Positions 35,344 through 49,269 of a stretch of 64,000 nucleotides of DNA are shown piece by piece (positions within the stretch are counted from its first letter, which is position 1; the number at the start of each line of letters is the position of its first letter). Under the pieces are notes generated by a model that was not told the origin of the DNA, did no database searches, and saw only the letters and a list, made by a program, of their open reading frames with translations. A program made the position numbers and the translations under genes. Source of the stretch: Zygnema circumcarinatum SAG 698-1b (taxonomy: Eukaryota; Plantae; Zygnematophyceae); contig CM074809.1 in assembly GCA_037447605.1 (NCBI GenBank), positions 610,689-674,688 on the forward strand, written 5' to 3'.

Positions 35344-38300
35344 TCAGACACTCTCTACAGCCACCGCCGGGCTTCTAGTTGGTTCCAATATCGCCCTCGT
35401 CAACTCATCTTTATTGGTAGGACTATCATCGCCCTCGACCCCATCTTCATCGACATTATCTTCGATGTCGACATCATCATCGTCGACATCAACATCCTCG
35501 TCTTCAACATCATCAGCGGCATCAGACTCATCATCGTCTGCCCCGACAGCCGTCGCCTTCTTGGACTTAGAAGCAGCCTTTTGCTTGGCCGCTTGGCTCC
35601 TCTGGAGAGCGGCTTTGTTGGGCGTCAAGATCATCTGCATTTGACGACCCTCCATTTGCGTCTTCCCCTCCACCACAGCGAGCTGAGAAGGAGAGACAGA
35701 GGGAGGGTGAGATACGGAGAGAGGGAGAGAGAGAGAGGAAGGGCGAGCGAGAGAGAGAGAGAGAGCGGGAGAGAGAGAGAGGGAGGGGACGAGAGGCGCA
35801 TGCATGCAAGGGTGAAAGGAGGAGCCGCAGCAGGGTGGGACGACCACAGACGCAGCGATCACTGGATGTATGTGGTAGGAACGAAACGAGAGGGAGAGTG
35901 GGGCAGGTGGAATGGTAGAGGGCGAGGGGGCGGAGGATGGAGGAAAGTGGGGGGGCATAAAGGATCGGGAAGATAGGGAGAGGGGGAGATAATGCGAGAG
36001 GAAATGGATGGCGTGCGATAAATTGAGGGAAGAAGGAGACATACAACGAGAGGGTGGGGGACGAGAAGGGCCATTACGAAGGGAGTTACAGAGGGTGGGA
36101 ATGGAATGAGGAGAAGGCCGAACTCAGAAATTGTTTGCCGACAGCAAAATTACATGGGAAATGAAGAGAGAGATGACAGAAGCGATAGTTGGAAAAATCA
36201 GACGAGAGAAGGAGAAAGGGGAATGAAGGAAAAGTGGGACAGAGGAGGTAGAGAGAGTGAGGGAGAGGCAAGGAGTTTCTCACTTCGCCAAGATCATTCC
36301 GGAACCGATCAAAGAGTTTCACTACCATGTCCTTAAACTCCATCTCTCGGCCTCTGAATTGCACTGTCACCTTCACCTGCCATTGGCTCACACTCAACAA
36401 CTCAATCACACAACTCTCTTTTCTGCGGCCTTAACAGCACATTGCTTAACATTAGACTGTCTTGTAAGCCAACATTCATAAAAACCCATTCGAAGAAGTT
36501 GTTTCAAGGTTTTTTGAGCGTTAGGTGTATGTGCGTGAGAGGGAGAGAGAGAGAGGGCAGAGGGGAGAGGGAATGACTTACTCGATCACCGTCGTTGAGG
36601 AAGTTCTGCGCAGCTCTCAGTTTTACCCCATAGTCGTGGGTGTCTATGCTATACCTGTTGACAAAGATTAGATTCAGAACTTCAACTTAGAATCTAAAAC
36701 CATCAGCATGAGCCCAGGAACTTCGTACAATGTACATCAACTTTCTACCGGGAAAAACAAACAATTGCACGAGGAAAATGAAGCCTCGTGAGGGCGGATG
36801 CATACAGTAAATGGATACCGCCAGAAAGCTTTGAATTCCCCACAAGGTATCATAAGGGTCATAGATGTAATTAGGTCGAACTTGTTCAGGAGTCCAACTT
36901 AAAGACATCACTCTTTGAGTTTTTAACGACACCCCTTCCGCTAAGCATTTCGATCAAACCTTTCTCTCACCTCATCTTCAACTCCTTGGTCTCAACTCGA
37001 TTGGCTGCAAAAATACATCAAAAAGGAGTATTCTTTTCTCATTAGCGAAGCTCCGAATCTATAGCACATCAAAAGAAAAGGAGGGGGTGAAGGGGGGGGT
37101 GTGGTCTCTCGTTGCTGGGAAACGTGATGAGATGAGTCACTTAAACTTGTTCACCAGAAGGAGGGGAAGGTACGGACCTGCCGCCTTCTTCAGTTGCAAT
37201 CGTTTCTTCTTTTGTTGCTCAAACCGGAATTTGCTGCAATATCCCCAAGCTCCTGCTAGATCCAATCAGATTCTGGCAGCTTCCTCTCTCCTTTCTCTCG
37301 CCCTCTCTCCTTCGCTCTCTAGCTCTCTCGCTCTCTGTGTCTGTCTCTCTCTGTCTCGCTCTGTCTCTCTCTTTCTCTCACTCTCTCCGGAAAAGTGACT
37401 GACGACTTAAAGCGCGCATTCGTGAACAAATTTTCTGTACGACCTTTAACAGCTCCTTGATAAACTCAGCATAGGAGAGATTTGGCTCAAAGAGAAAAAT
37501 TCAGCTTACCTATAGTCAACTAGCCTAACTACGGGCGGGTCAGCGTCAGCAGATATCATCACCTGCATTTGAACCCCCCAGAAACGAAAGGAGGAACACC
37601 GTTCAACAGTACTTTTCAAAACCAAACACTAAGTTTCAATCTGGTTCCTTCTGCCCCGGGAAAACTGCAGAATTTCACTATACGATAGCCACGTTCTCAA
37701 TTTCAAGCTAATTTCAGTAAAGCACGTTCAATATATGGTTTACTGTCCTTTAAAAACAACCCATGTAAAGACTGATAGCCCTATGATAAAGTAAAAGGCG
37801 GCAACCGTAGAAATTGGACATCGCAACAACAAAACAGAGCTTTGGACCATAGCAAACGAGAAAGGAACTCACCAGATCAAGCTCCGCTTCGCGTGCCATA
37901 GCTAAAGCGTCTTGTCGAGAGAACTCTCCAAGCTGCAAAAACCCAATGAGACCCATTCCAAGGTTGAACATCACCCCGTTGGTTAGTTTCCAAACACGGA
38001 ACAACACGGAGGCGAGGCAACAAGAAATGACATGAGATTCAGCAGAGTTTGATGGAGAGCAGGTCGAGATTCCGAGATTTCAAAAGAGGAAAAGTGGGTA
38101 TTAGAAAGAGAGAATAGGACAAGGCTTGCGATGTGGAGAAACACCGGGGTTAAACTGATATATCATGACAGTGAACTCAATTAAGTCTTAGGCTTTTCAT
38201 GGAAACAGAAGCAAGGGAAGTAAGGAAAGAGATCCCACCATTTTTTGATCTTCCGACAACAATCGCACTACCGGCACCCTAAAAATCCGGACAGAGAGAG

Positions 38301-38891
38301 ATAGAGGTAGGCATAGAGAGAGGAAAGGCGACAGAGAGAGAGAGAGAGAGAGTGGGAGAGAGTCAGAATTGGGAATAGTCCGTCTAGGTCTTCAGCAACT
38401 GATGCAGAACCAGATCAGTACAAATAATAGAACCAATGAAAACGAGAATCAATATCACATTTCACAACGATGACTACAATAATGACAGAAATAAGGATAA
38501 ACAAAAACCTTATTTGTTCGTTCATTGGAGGTCCTTCAGCCGCCTGCCCAAATTCAGGCCTTCCTGAAACGAGGCGTGGCTTCGGCCTGTTCGTGGAAGG
38601 GGGGCGGTAGGAGCTCCCCCCTCGCCCACCTCCTCTAGCAGAAACTCTCAATACGAAGGGGAGGGAAGAGATGGCGGGTTCGGGGAGAGAGCGGGGAGAG
38701 AGTGTGAGCGAGGAGAGGCTTCTTTCCTGCGAGAGAGACGACATACAGGAGCTGCATAGGGCAGCTGCAGCTTGGCTTAAGCCTCCAAGCGCCACGTGGC
38801 ATGATGGCAGAGCGGAGAAATCTGCTCGCCGTGAAGGCGGGCAGCCAAGGGGGACGTGCTGCGAGGAGATGGCCATGGCGGAGCAGGCCAT
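35344..38891 (-). CDS. IF3: Translation initiation factor IF3, plastid-type, with acidic C-terminal tail
   Basis: Exons 38891-38509, 38278-38239, 37932-37873, 37562-37510, 37233-37178, 37004-36971, 36654-36582, 36376-36284, 35682-35344. Motifs: [81 protein letters not shown]. Confidence 0.95.
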
Positions 38892-39966
38892 GGCTGCCCG
38901 AGGGAGAACGCGAGAGGGAGGGAGCAGGGACTTCGGAAGGAGAGGCGAGAATTAGGGTTAGGGCCAAAGGGACAGGGCCGAAGGGAAGGACAAAAAGTAC
39001 GACAACAGTGAGAATTTAGTGTTCCATGTGGGACAGTTCGAGGCAGCGTTGGGAGGAGAGGTCACACCGTCACACACATCACCGTTATTTGGTTTTGTAG
39101 GGTTTTTTGGGACTTCAAATTGAAAATTTAGGTTTTGACTATGCTACAAAAAGTAAAGTAAGATGTCAAGGTGTCAAGGTGTCAGAAAAGCTTTTAAGTT
39201 TGCCCACATGAAAACAGACTCTTATAGGGAATGTATGTCTTTGATTGACCTCAAGTTTGTGTGGCTTTGCACACTTTTTTGTACTCCTCCAATGACAATC
39301 TTGATCTTGCTATGCCTTCTTCACAGTTTCACTTCAGCTCAAGCCCAAACATTTGTTGGGACCCTCGCCCAACAGCGCGGCATGAAGGGCCTTCTTGAGC
39401 TTCGTTCTCACAAGGCAACAGGGAGAGAACCCTACTCCCCTGTGCAGTCTGAACACGACCACTGCACATGCTTTAACGCGTTGACTAAGATCGGTAGCTC
39501 AAGAGCACGTCGGGGTCAGAGGCATGCAAACACATGGTTCAACATTGTTGCACGCTTTGGTGACTAACTTATTTCAATGGGCTGCACAGCCTGCATAGAC
39601 AGAAGGCAGCACTACAGCCGCTTATGCTCTAAGTTACAACACAAGCGTGAAAGACTTTCACTTTACATACAAAGCCATAAAAGTGAGGCAAAGCGAACCC
39701 TTCTTGAAGAGCTTCTTTCGGACCCTTCGTCTGCATATACATGAGGGATTCCCCGGGGACCATCAACAGCCTACATGTGTACACTACAGTTAAGGTTGTG
39801 CTAACGTACAAGGAGCAACCCGAGTGTGCGAGTGACCTATAAACACACTTCACATTAAGGAAAGGCGGTATAGAAATCCGGCCCTTACTGCTTAGAAGTC
39901 TATACACACATCGGGAGCAAGTCTCTGTGCTACTTCATTTACTTCCTCAGCACTTGGTTGGAAGGT

Positions 39967-41446
39967 TTAGGGAAGGGCCAAGCGGAGGTTGAGATCGAAG
40001 TTGTTCTCATGCGTTATTATGGATGTTCGTTCAGCTTGCCCGAGCTCAACTTCATTGCTCATACTGTCATGGTTAGTGGGGGAGTCGTTGGAGTCAGAAT
40101 GATGGGAGGCAGCTGAATCACTTTTAGGGCTTGGTGGTAGGAGACACATCTCTTCTGGTACAGTGTTTGTTCGAGGGAGTAAGTATACACGGGGCATTCT
40201 CTGACCATTCTGAAAATAGCACACACCACAAACACTCGATCATTTCTGTAATGGCTAATAACACAACGAAGCTATGCTCCAATGAAGAGCACAAAAGCTT
40301 TCAATCACTCAATGTATGAGCAATCCATGCGAAAGCAAATCGAGTCACGTCTGCAGCCCTAAAGGTGGCGCAGAACTTTGACCATAGATCCTGAAATGAG
40401 GTTGACCGCAGTAGGAAGCTCAGAAAATAGGACAGAGTGGGAAGCTGCATTAAGTGTGTGTCCACAAGAGGGAGAGGGAAAGAATGCAGGGGAGAGGCAT
40501 GGAAGGTTTGGACACAGAGAGAGGGAATAAACCGGAAAATTGAAAGAAGAAACGGGAAAAAGGGAAACGATGAGAAACAACGAAAGGGAAGGGAGATAAG
40601 GGCAAGCTTCCCGAGGAGTGGAGATATAAAGAATGAGCAGAGGCGAGGGGGCCAGGGAGCGATTCAGGACGAAGGAGAGAGAAAGGGAGGAGAGAGAGAG
40701 GAGAGAGGCAGCGGAGAGGGAGAACGGATAAGGGAGAGCCCACCTCGCGAGACTTAAGGACTGTCCAATGTTTCCTTGCATCGTCCCGCGTGCGACCAGG
40801 AAGGAGAGTCGCAATTTTGCTCCACTGATTGCCATAAGCACGATGCGCTGCACGTAGCTGCCTCTCCTCCTCGGGAGCCCAAGCCTCCTGCAGAGAGGGA
40901 AGCAGGCAAGCCAAGGAGGCTAAATACAAAGAGAAAAGGAAGCGGGAGAGGTTCTCAATTGGCCCATATACTGGACTCACAGAATGAGCTGCTGCTTGCT
41001 CTCAGAGTGTCGAAATTCAGCAGAAGTTTCCTTTTCTTAGCTTGCCCTTGCGGGCCAACTGATGGGGGAGGGAGGGAGGGAGAGGGCGAGAAGTGGAGAT
41101 GCTTCCTTTTTACCTTTTTAACTCCCGGAGCAAGATGATTTCGCCAGCGGTCTCTACATCCCCTCCCATTTCGCCCCTTGAATGCTTCTGCAATCAGATT
41201 CCAGTTTCTCCTCCTGTTCACTTCCACTAGGCGGCGCAGCAGCATGTCTTCATCCTGCATAGAAATTCCTTTCAGCTACAGATTGAAAAGAGACTAATAT
41301 AAAACTTAGCAGGGCTTCCACTCGCGCCCATCAAACGCCGTTCAGATGTGCACAGAATTGCCCTATTGCCCTATGCACAAATGTAGCTGACCGACTGGAA
41401 TTAAACCTTCCAGCCGTTCATATTCCGCCCACTCCTCCCTCCCTCC

Positions 41447-41477
<31 letters not shown>

Positions 41478-41924
41478 TCCAATCAATCGAATGACGAAGG
41501 AAAGCCTGAAATGGATCATAGGATTCTGCGACGGTTCCTACTCAAACGAAGCTCAGCAATTAAGCAGATTTGTAGAATACTGCAATGCCATCATTCACAA
41601 GATGTAATCAACGTCAAAATTCCAACAGAGGGCGAGTGGAAGGGGGGTCTACTGACAGGGGTCCAACTCCTCCTTGAAGGAGCCTCCTGCGGGTCCTGCT
41701 CCGTTGCTTGCCCGTCACGTCGCTCTGACGTCGCAGCTTGCTGTCGTGAAAAGCCCAATGAAGGCCACCTCTGCTGCAATGGGAAGTTGACACCTGGAAG
41801 CAGAATCAGCAACATCAGCAACATCAGCAACATCAGCAACATCAGCAAAGACACAGGCAGGGAGGGAGGGAGGGGGAGAGTGAGAGAGAGAAAGGGAAGA
41901 AGAGGAGAAGATGGGACGGCAAGC

Positions 41925-41955
<31 letters not shown>

Positions 41956-42770
41956 CCTGATGGCACTGGCAACACGGGGGGTACTGTTGTTGCAAGCCGA
42001 GGCTTCAAAGGTTTCAGTCTTGGGCGTTCTCCAGGAATAACCGCTGCAGCTTCTGAGCTATAAGGAACTTGAGGAATTTCAGGTGGAGAAAGCATGTGAG
42101 GAGTCTGGACTTCTGCCATTTGCTGGTGGCTAAGGTGGCCAAGAGTTGCTTCTCCTGACAAACGACGACTTTGCTGAAGTGTGGAGGGTAAGGGGAACTG
42201 AGGCAGAGACTGAGACAGAGACTGAGGCATAGACTGAGGCAGAACTGAGGCAGGTGGACACGCGCGCATATGATGAAATTTGTTAAGCATGGACTGCAGG
42301 CCTCTAGGATCAATCTGAGCTTCCTGTGCGTCCTGATGACCCGTCGGTTGTGTGATTCCGGAATTAGCCTTCTCCCACTGCTGAAATGCTGCAGCATCCC
42401 TTCTGTCTGAAAAAACTGCCTTTCTGTGTTCTGAAAGTTTTTCAGCCTGCCATTGCTGCAGGGAGGGGGTCTCCGATGTGACCGGATTATGCTGTACCTC
42501 CGGACACTCACCATTTCCTTGTTGGTTGTCAGTCTGCTCTATTCCTATGCTGCGTATAGGGCCATCGACTTTTCTAACAACCTGAAAGCCCTTTTGGCTT
42601 GCTCCGAGAGTCAAACCATCCTGCTTTCCGGCCCCAACTTGAAAATACTCAAAACCTCTTTTGCTAATGCCTTCACGAGAGGGGCTCATCAGCGAGCAAC
42701 GCGCAGCATCATTTTCGAACAATTTCGATGGGTCCCATTGCTTCGTGGCTTTTGGCCGTACGAGACACAT
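39967..42770 (-). CDS. R2R3-MYB transcription factor with a long N-terminal extension and a C-terminal EAR motif
   Basis: Exons 42770-41957 (GC donor), 41793-41657, 41254-41114, 40887-40744, 40209-39967; an extra small exon near 40390-40350 is possible. R2 reads SWTPDEDMLLRRLV..NWNLIAEAFKGRNGRGCRDRWRNHL and R3 reads AWAPEEERQL..GNQWSKIATLLPGRT..ARKHW. The protein ends FDLNLRLALP. Confidence 0.85.
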
Positions 42771-45700
42771 CTTGAAGGAGCTCAGGGGGACACTGTTGCA
42801 GCCTGCTTACACCAGAAAACCCACAACCCATAAATAAGAGGAGGTTCCACTCACTGCTTCATATTCAAGGCCAGCCACTTGCGAATTCCAATTAGAATTC
42901 TGAATGCCCATTCGTCCCTCTGCCATCACCCTGAATACACGCGCTGCTCGGTAGCTCTCCCTAGGCTCATTCTCTCGCCCTCTCTATCACGAGCTCCTTC
43001 TCGCCAGCTCTCGCAATTTCTCAATATCCCTCATCCTCTAGCTCTTTCCTTATCTCTAATAGCCATGTTCTCACTTTCCTCTCACCCCACATCTCCCACT
43101 CGCTGTTTTCTCACTTCCGAACTCCCGCTTGCCCTCGTTCTTCTCCCTTCTCTCTCTTACACCCCCCACACACCAGAAGCTCCCTCTCTCCTTCCTAGAT
43201 ACAACGCTTTACTGCAGAGGCCCCAGCATATGTTTTTCTTTCAGCTTTCTGTCTCATAACAACCCGAAAAACTCCGCCCCTCATCTACCGCCATATCCGT
43301 TTTCATCACTCCTCTCTCTATCCCAGAACCTAGCCACCCCTCCCTTCCTCCCCATCCCTCTATCCCACTGCAAGCGCAAAAATTAGGGTTATTCGGCAAA
43401 GGCAAAGGAAGCCGTCCGTACCTTTTACTCGCAGAGCTCCCAAGAAGAGCTCCCCTACATCCCGGACGGATGCAAAAAAACCCAAACCCTACACCCTAAA
43501 CCCAAATCCCGAAACCCTAAAAAGAAACGAAGTACTCCCGCTTGCAGAAAGTATTAAGCAGAAGCTATGGCGGAGAGGGCAACAAGGATGTGCAGTGACG
43601 GAAAGAAGACGCCTGGGGGTGGCTTTCAGGGCCTTTCTTCACTCGCCATCAGCCAATCTCCAGCCGCCATGTGTGCACTTTTGTACACGTGGCACATCGC
43701 CATTGGAGACACTCGACTGCAGGTCGCTGTGAAGGGCCCTCTAGGAGGTCCTGTCCGTACATGTGTACGAACGCGACCAGACGGTACGGTCGTCACGTGC
43801 TCACTTCCGACAGCTCCATAGAACGGTGCGCCATAACGGCTGTCGCCGTGATAAACAACTGTGACTGCTGCATGTGTAGGACCAAGAAGGTACAAAGTTT
43901 TCCAAATTGTACGAACGACGCTCCGCGATTGTGGGGCCGTCGAACCGACGTGTGGCGGAGCGGGCCGCCCAGCGCCAGCCGCGTTCTATGCTGGATGACG
44001 TCGCCAATCTTCTGAAAATCGTACATTGGTCCACGTAATCAGTGCTTTCGTAGTATCACCACTCACAGAGCGCCACGTCATGCAGCTGAGATGCTCCGTC
44101 ACGTGGCGGGCCGGGGATGACACGCGCGAACCGGCCCTCTGTCCCCCCTCCGCGGGAGCCGGAGCTCCCTCCCTCCCTCCATCCCAGCAAAGGGGCGCGC
44201 GGATTGGCGGACGAGCGGACGGGGCGGGCGGAAGCCAATAGGGAAGTGCCACGTCGGCCGTTATCTTACCATGGACGAGCCAAGAGAAATTTTGACATGT
44301 ACAAACCCAGCGAGAGGGTCTCAGTTAACGGGCTAAACACTTCTATGCTCCACTTAGGATATATCTAGCGTTCATCGTTTGCAGTTAGACGGCATAACTG
44401 GCGGTGCGTTATGGAATCCGTAGCTGAGACTGACCGACCTGAAACCGGCGTCTTGATCCATCGCGGGAAAAAAAAGTTGGAACGTAAAAAGAAACCGCGA
44501 AGGAGAGAGGAGAGGATCCAAGGGATTGAACCATTGCCAATCTCAACCAATGGTCTGAACCAACGCCAACGGTTGCTAAGGGTTCATCCCATGGTTGGCT
44601 ATGAACCAACCAATGGCAATGGCTGTCTACGAGTACGTCCAATTGTTGGAGCCATAGGAAATGATTGTCTAATAGTGAACCCAATGGTTGGAATCACTGC
44701 CAATGATTTATTCTCTCCGGTTTCATAACAACAGAGCAAGGTTGCAAGAACCTTTTACTTTGGGAAAATTGATGTTCAGTTTGATGCTTGCATGGGCCTA
44801 TGCAGGAAGAATCTTTTGACTCCATGGATTTTGCCTCCGCCACCTTCACTCGCGCCCCAAAACTATGACGCTGAGTTTCTTCATGTTCTTGATTGCCGCT
44901 GTCGACAGCCCCTCCGTACAGGGCCTGCAAGCGGCAGTCCTTGGCACTGTGCTCGACGGCGAAGCCATCATCGGCACATGGACAAAACCAACATAGAGAA
45001 CCATGAGGAACCGGCCACAAAGCCATTTGTTTGAAGGACGAGCGAAAGAAAAGCGGAAGCAAATTTCTACTTTTGTAAAAAGCTCATGTTTGGAGGCGAT
45101 GTGACTTAATCAAGGCCGTTACTTGCTTTCGACTTTAGCAAGTGACCTTAACGAGTGTTGTGTTCGGGCGTGCTTTGGTTTCCGCCAGCCCCCCTCCGCA
45201 GATATCCAAAAAGTGGGGCGGCTGTATCATTTTCCTAGAATTTTCCATCCCAAATCCTGTCTTGCTTACCGTACGCCCCAAGGCACACCCCTATTCCTAC
45301 GTGGACAATACAAGCTGGACCAAACGCCTCTAGCTACACCCCAAATCATACGTGGACGTTGGAGCAAACGCCTCAAAGCACATCCCAAATCTTACGTGGA
45401 CAAGCCATGCTGGACTGTACGTACGTCAGGCGCGAGCCACCTGGCAGAACGGGCGGCAATTCGGGCAGCGATTGCCGCATGCGGAGTTTGCCCGGCGCAA
45501 CTGCACTTGCCGGCGGAACTAGCCGGCCGGCGTCTGCCAGACAGGCAGCTATTGCCGGTGTATCGCGATTCGGCTGGCGATATTCGCGATCTAAAAGCTG
45601 CAACCCAAAGGGCGTTTTGCACCATGCATGCAACAGCATGTCACCTTCGCACAGTACTTGTTCTCGGATTTCTCATCGTTTTGATTTCAGAATGAGTACT

Positions 45701-46673
45701 TTTCACAGAAAACGTCACTTTTGAAAGTACGGATGTTGATTTTTCTTTGCTCCCTCTCAAACAAAGATGATAAAATACCTTGCAGAGCGCCAGTTCCTGC
45801 AGCCGATGGCACATGCCACCGGCGCATGCACACATGCATATGCATGGGTCGGCCGCAGGGCAAGAACGGAACTCAGCGCAAGGCGCTAGGCGGCCGACCA
45901 ATCACAGCGTACCACGTCTGCGAGTTTGTCCACGTGGCAAATGCTGACTGGGTCCGTTCGGCCTTGGTAGCGCACGAAGAAGGGTGTTACCGTCAAAGTG
46001 CCGCTTCTGCAACGGATGGCACCCTCCNNNNNNNNNNNNNNNNNNNNNNNNNNNNNNNNNNNNNNNNNNNNNNNNNNNNNNNNNNNNNNNNNNNNNNNNN
46101 NNNNNNNNNNNNNNNNNNNNNNNNNNNTAGAGGCAGATGCACTCACTTAAATTGACAGAAGGGAAAGAAGTTTGATCATGTAAGTGATGTCAAGTCTAAC
46201 CAACAATTTACCATGGGGCTTCCTTCACATGGAAACGTGGGAAGTCAGTTCAGATAGAAATGGCCTTAGTTAGTACTTTTTGCTTGGTGTTAAGACAAAG
46301 AGTTGGGACATTAGACGATTATATTGTCGAGTTGTCTGTTTTGAAGTAGGATCTGGACATTCGGAATGCTGTTCGTCGTCAGTCAGAAGTCAGGCCTCCC
46401 CATTCAGCAATGCCCTCAGTCACCTTCACACCTTCTGATCTTTCTTGACTGTAGCACAGATGATGCTTCTTTTCTCTGCAGGCAACGGAGCCTTTGAGGA
46501 TGCTTTAACTGGTTCCTGCAACTTTTTTAAACTTCCAGTGTGCAAATGTGAACCTAGAGGAGAAGCCGAACAGTCCAGTAAAGATTAAGATGGAGAGGAA
46601 ACTCATGTTCTGGGAGGGGCTTTATGAAGTACAAAAAAATGCCTAACTAGAATGTGCCTTGTGGCACCTGCAG

Positions 46674-47998
46674 TTTGCTTGTCATTCCAAGAAACGACCA
46701 CATAATTTGGTGTTAGGTCGAATGTTTGACCATCACCTTTACGACATGGTTGAAGTTGGAGTGGAGAGCTTCACATCTATTCGAGAACTCGGGGGAGGAG
46801 GCAAATATGCTCCACGAGTTGGATCAAAGCCGTGCTTAGTTTTTATTGGAGAGGAATTCGAAACGAAGCCAGAGTTGACCCAGTTGAAGAGTCTATTAGC
46901 TGACTTGTTTCGAGGAGAGGTAAGAGTTGCCCGTTTTGTCTCGCCCACTTCAACTTTCTGCTTATCCAGTCTCACCCTCGCTCTACTTTTTTTCTTTCCC
47001 CTCCAGCCGCCCTTCCTTTTTCTGCTCTCACTCCCTCCCATCTTTGCCCTCCACCTGTTTCCTCCCTCTCGTTTTACCTACTCCAACCCGTTTCATTTCT
47101 TTCTTCTCTCGTTGTGTTTTTCTCTCATATTTGTTTATGTGACTTGATCCTGAATGTTGAGCAGATTGTAGAAACTTTGAACTTGGCGGGGCTGGACCGC
47201 GTCTTCGTTTGTGTTGCAGCTGCGGGAAAGGTAAGATCCTTCTCTTTCCGGTGGATCAGAATAAGCTTTCTTTCACCTAAACTGCATCATCTGTATCCGT
47301 AAGGGAGAAGCTGGGACGGTGGCACTGTTGTTGAAATGCTTCTCGTAAACAATCTGAAAAATGAAAGCTCATCTGTTGCTGCTTGCGAAGGCCAAAACTC
47401 TAAGATTCGTGAAGGAATGAATACTTGCAGGTGTGGATTCGTCATTGTGCTATCCGCCTGAAGAAGTCAGGAACAAAGATACCCAAAATTGAGCTGGTGA
47501 AGGCAGGGCCCATGCTAGACCTCACTGTACGGAGACACAGAGAGCCCGGGCAGGAGCTTGCTAAGGAGGCCATGAAGTCTCCGAAAACGCTTGTCAAGAA
47601 AAAGGTGCGGTTCATCCGAACGTTGGAAATGTCCATCTTGTTATGCATAAGGTGGAAGTGGGAGCGGTGGAGGTTATCTGCTCATACTGGTTTTAAAACA
47701 TGGGAACCATCTTTTTATTTTTGGTTTGCAGATTAAGAACGTGTCGACAGACTCTCTGGCCGGCAAGATTGGGCGGATCTACATGCCGAAGCAGGAGGTT
47801 GGCGAAATGGCGCTTGCGAAAATGAAGGGATTAAAGAATGAGAGGAGGGCGAAGGCAGCGCTGAGGGCTGCAGGCGGGTCGCCGTCTGAAGGGAGTGCGA
47901 AGAAAACTGGGAAGAGGCAGATTGCTGGAGGGGGGGAGGGTCCTAAGGCCCAAAAGGCAAAGAAGAGGAGGAGAGAGCAGCCTGAATTGGATCAATGA
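46674..47998 (+). CDS. RPF2: Ribosome production factor 2 (Brix domain); 5' part lies in the upstream 100-N gap
   Basis: Exons 46674-46919, 47165-47230, 47431-47604, 47732-47998. Motifs: HSKKRPHNLVLGRMFDHHLYDMVEVGV, GSKPCLVFIGEEF, LKSLLADLFRG, LKKSGTKIPKIELV..GP.LD, KNVSTDSLAGKIGRIYMPKQ. Confidence 0.93.
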
Positions 47999-48416
47999 AT
48001 ATGGAGAAGTTTTAGGGCTTGTGTGCAGGGGATAAGGAAATGAGAGAGAGAGAGAGAGGGAGAGGGCGAGGGAGAGTTCAACATGTGTTTCAATGAAGTG
48101 GGAGAAAGATGAAGCATGATGAGAAAAGTGCTCCTGAAGCACTTTCCGGAACGTTCCAACTCTTGTTTTCAAGGTTTGATTCACATGATTGATTGAATGG
48201 TTTCAGCGTGCCTTGCGAAAGTTTGGTTGCAGCTCTCCTCTGTGAGCAGCCCTCACTTAATAAAATAAGCCATGACCTCAAAACAAAAAAAATTCAAAAA
48301 TTGGGATTAAGCCATGGATTTATTTTGTCAGGCTAGTGATGATGACGACGATGGGGTGATGCACTAAGGCACATGTACGGTCGTGTAGTCCGTATGAATG
48401 CACGGAAATCACCATA

Positions 48417-49003
48417 CACTAGGACCCCGTCATATTTTCCACCATCAAAAGTGCGTCCCCAAGAAATTCGCCCCGATTTTGCCGAAACCACCTTTTTGTA
48501 CGGTAACTTGTGTTAGCCGTACTCCCCGTACTATTCGTACTATCCGTATTAACCGTACTGTTCGTACTAGCTGTACTAGCCGTCACGGGCTTACGAAAAA
48601 CTCACCTATTCTCCCCCCTCGTGCCGCCGTAAGAGGCGCTCGCTCTTCTCCACGTCTTCTTGGCTTCGATACGATACGATACGCCCCGATACGGTACTAT
48701 CCATACTAGCCGTATGAGCTGTAGTAGCCGTTACGGGCTCGAAGCTTTTTGGTTTGCTGCCTCAGTAAACGCTAAGGCGTGCTTCATGTACTGTATGCGG
48801 TTTGCCGTGATACGATACGGTACGATGCGGTGCGATATGACAGCAAACGATACGATACAATACGATACGATACGCATGGACATACATGAACTCTAACATA
48901 ATTCCGCTCGCCTATTGGTAACACGGACCTTATATTTGCCAAATACAATATTTTCGCCCGATTTTTGCCAAATGTAGGTGGAAAATATGACGGGGTCCTA
49001 CTG
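48417..49003. mobile_element. Tc1/mariner-type non-autonomous element (MITE), 587 bp
   Basis: 27-bp TIRs: CACTAGGACCCCGTCATATTTTCCACC (48417-48443) and its reverse complement with 1 mismatch (48977-49003). TA lies on both flanks. Confidence 0.8.
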
Positions 49004-49269
49004 TACGGGCTCACCGACTCTTCCCGCACGTGCCGCCGTAAGAGGCGCTCGCTCCTCTCCTCTTCTTCTTGCTTCGATGCGATAGGATACGATACGATAC
49101 GTACGGACAAACAGCAACTCTAACATAATACCGCCCGCCTATTGTTAACACGGACACCCTTATATTTTCGCTACCCAATAATTTCGCCCAATATTTTCCG
49201 AAACCATGGCGAAAATATTGGTGGGGTCTACTGTACTTGCATTTGTAGGTACATTTCTGTACGGCACTA

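Noticed and set aside
39163-39907. ORFs between the MYB 3' end and the IF3 promoter
   Set aside because: No motifs; likely UTR or intergenic.
46128-46660. Possible 5' RPF2 exons after the gap
   Set aside because: No frame resembles the RPF2 N-terminus; probably intron.
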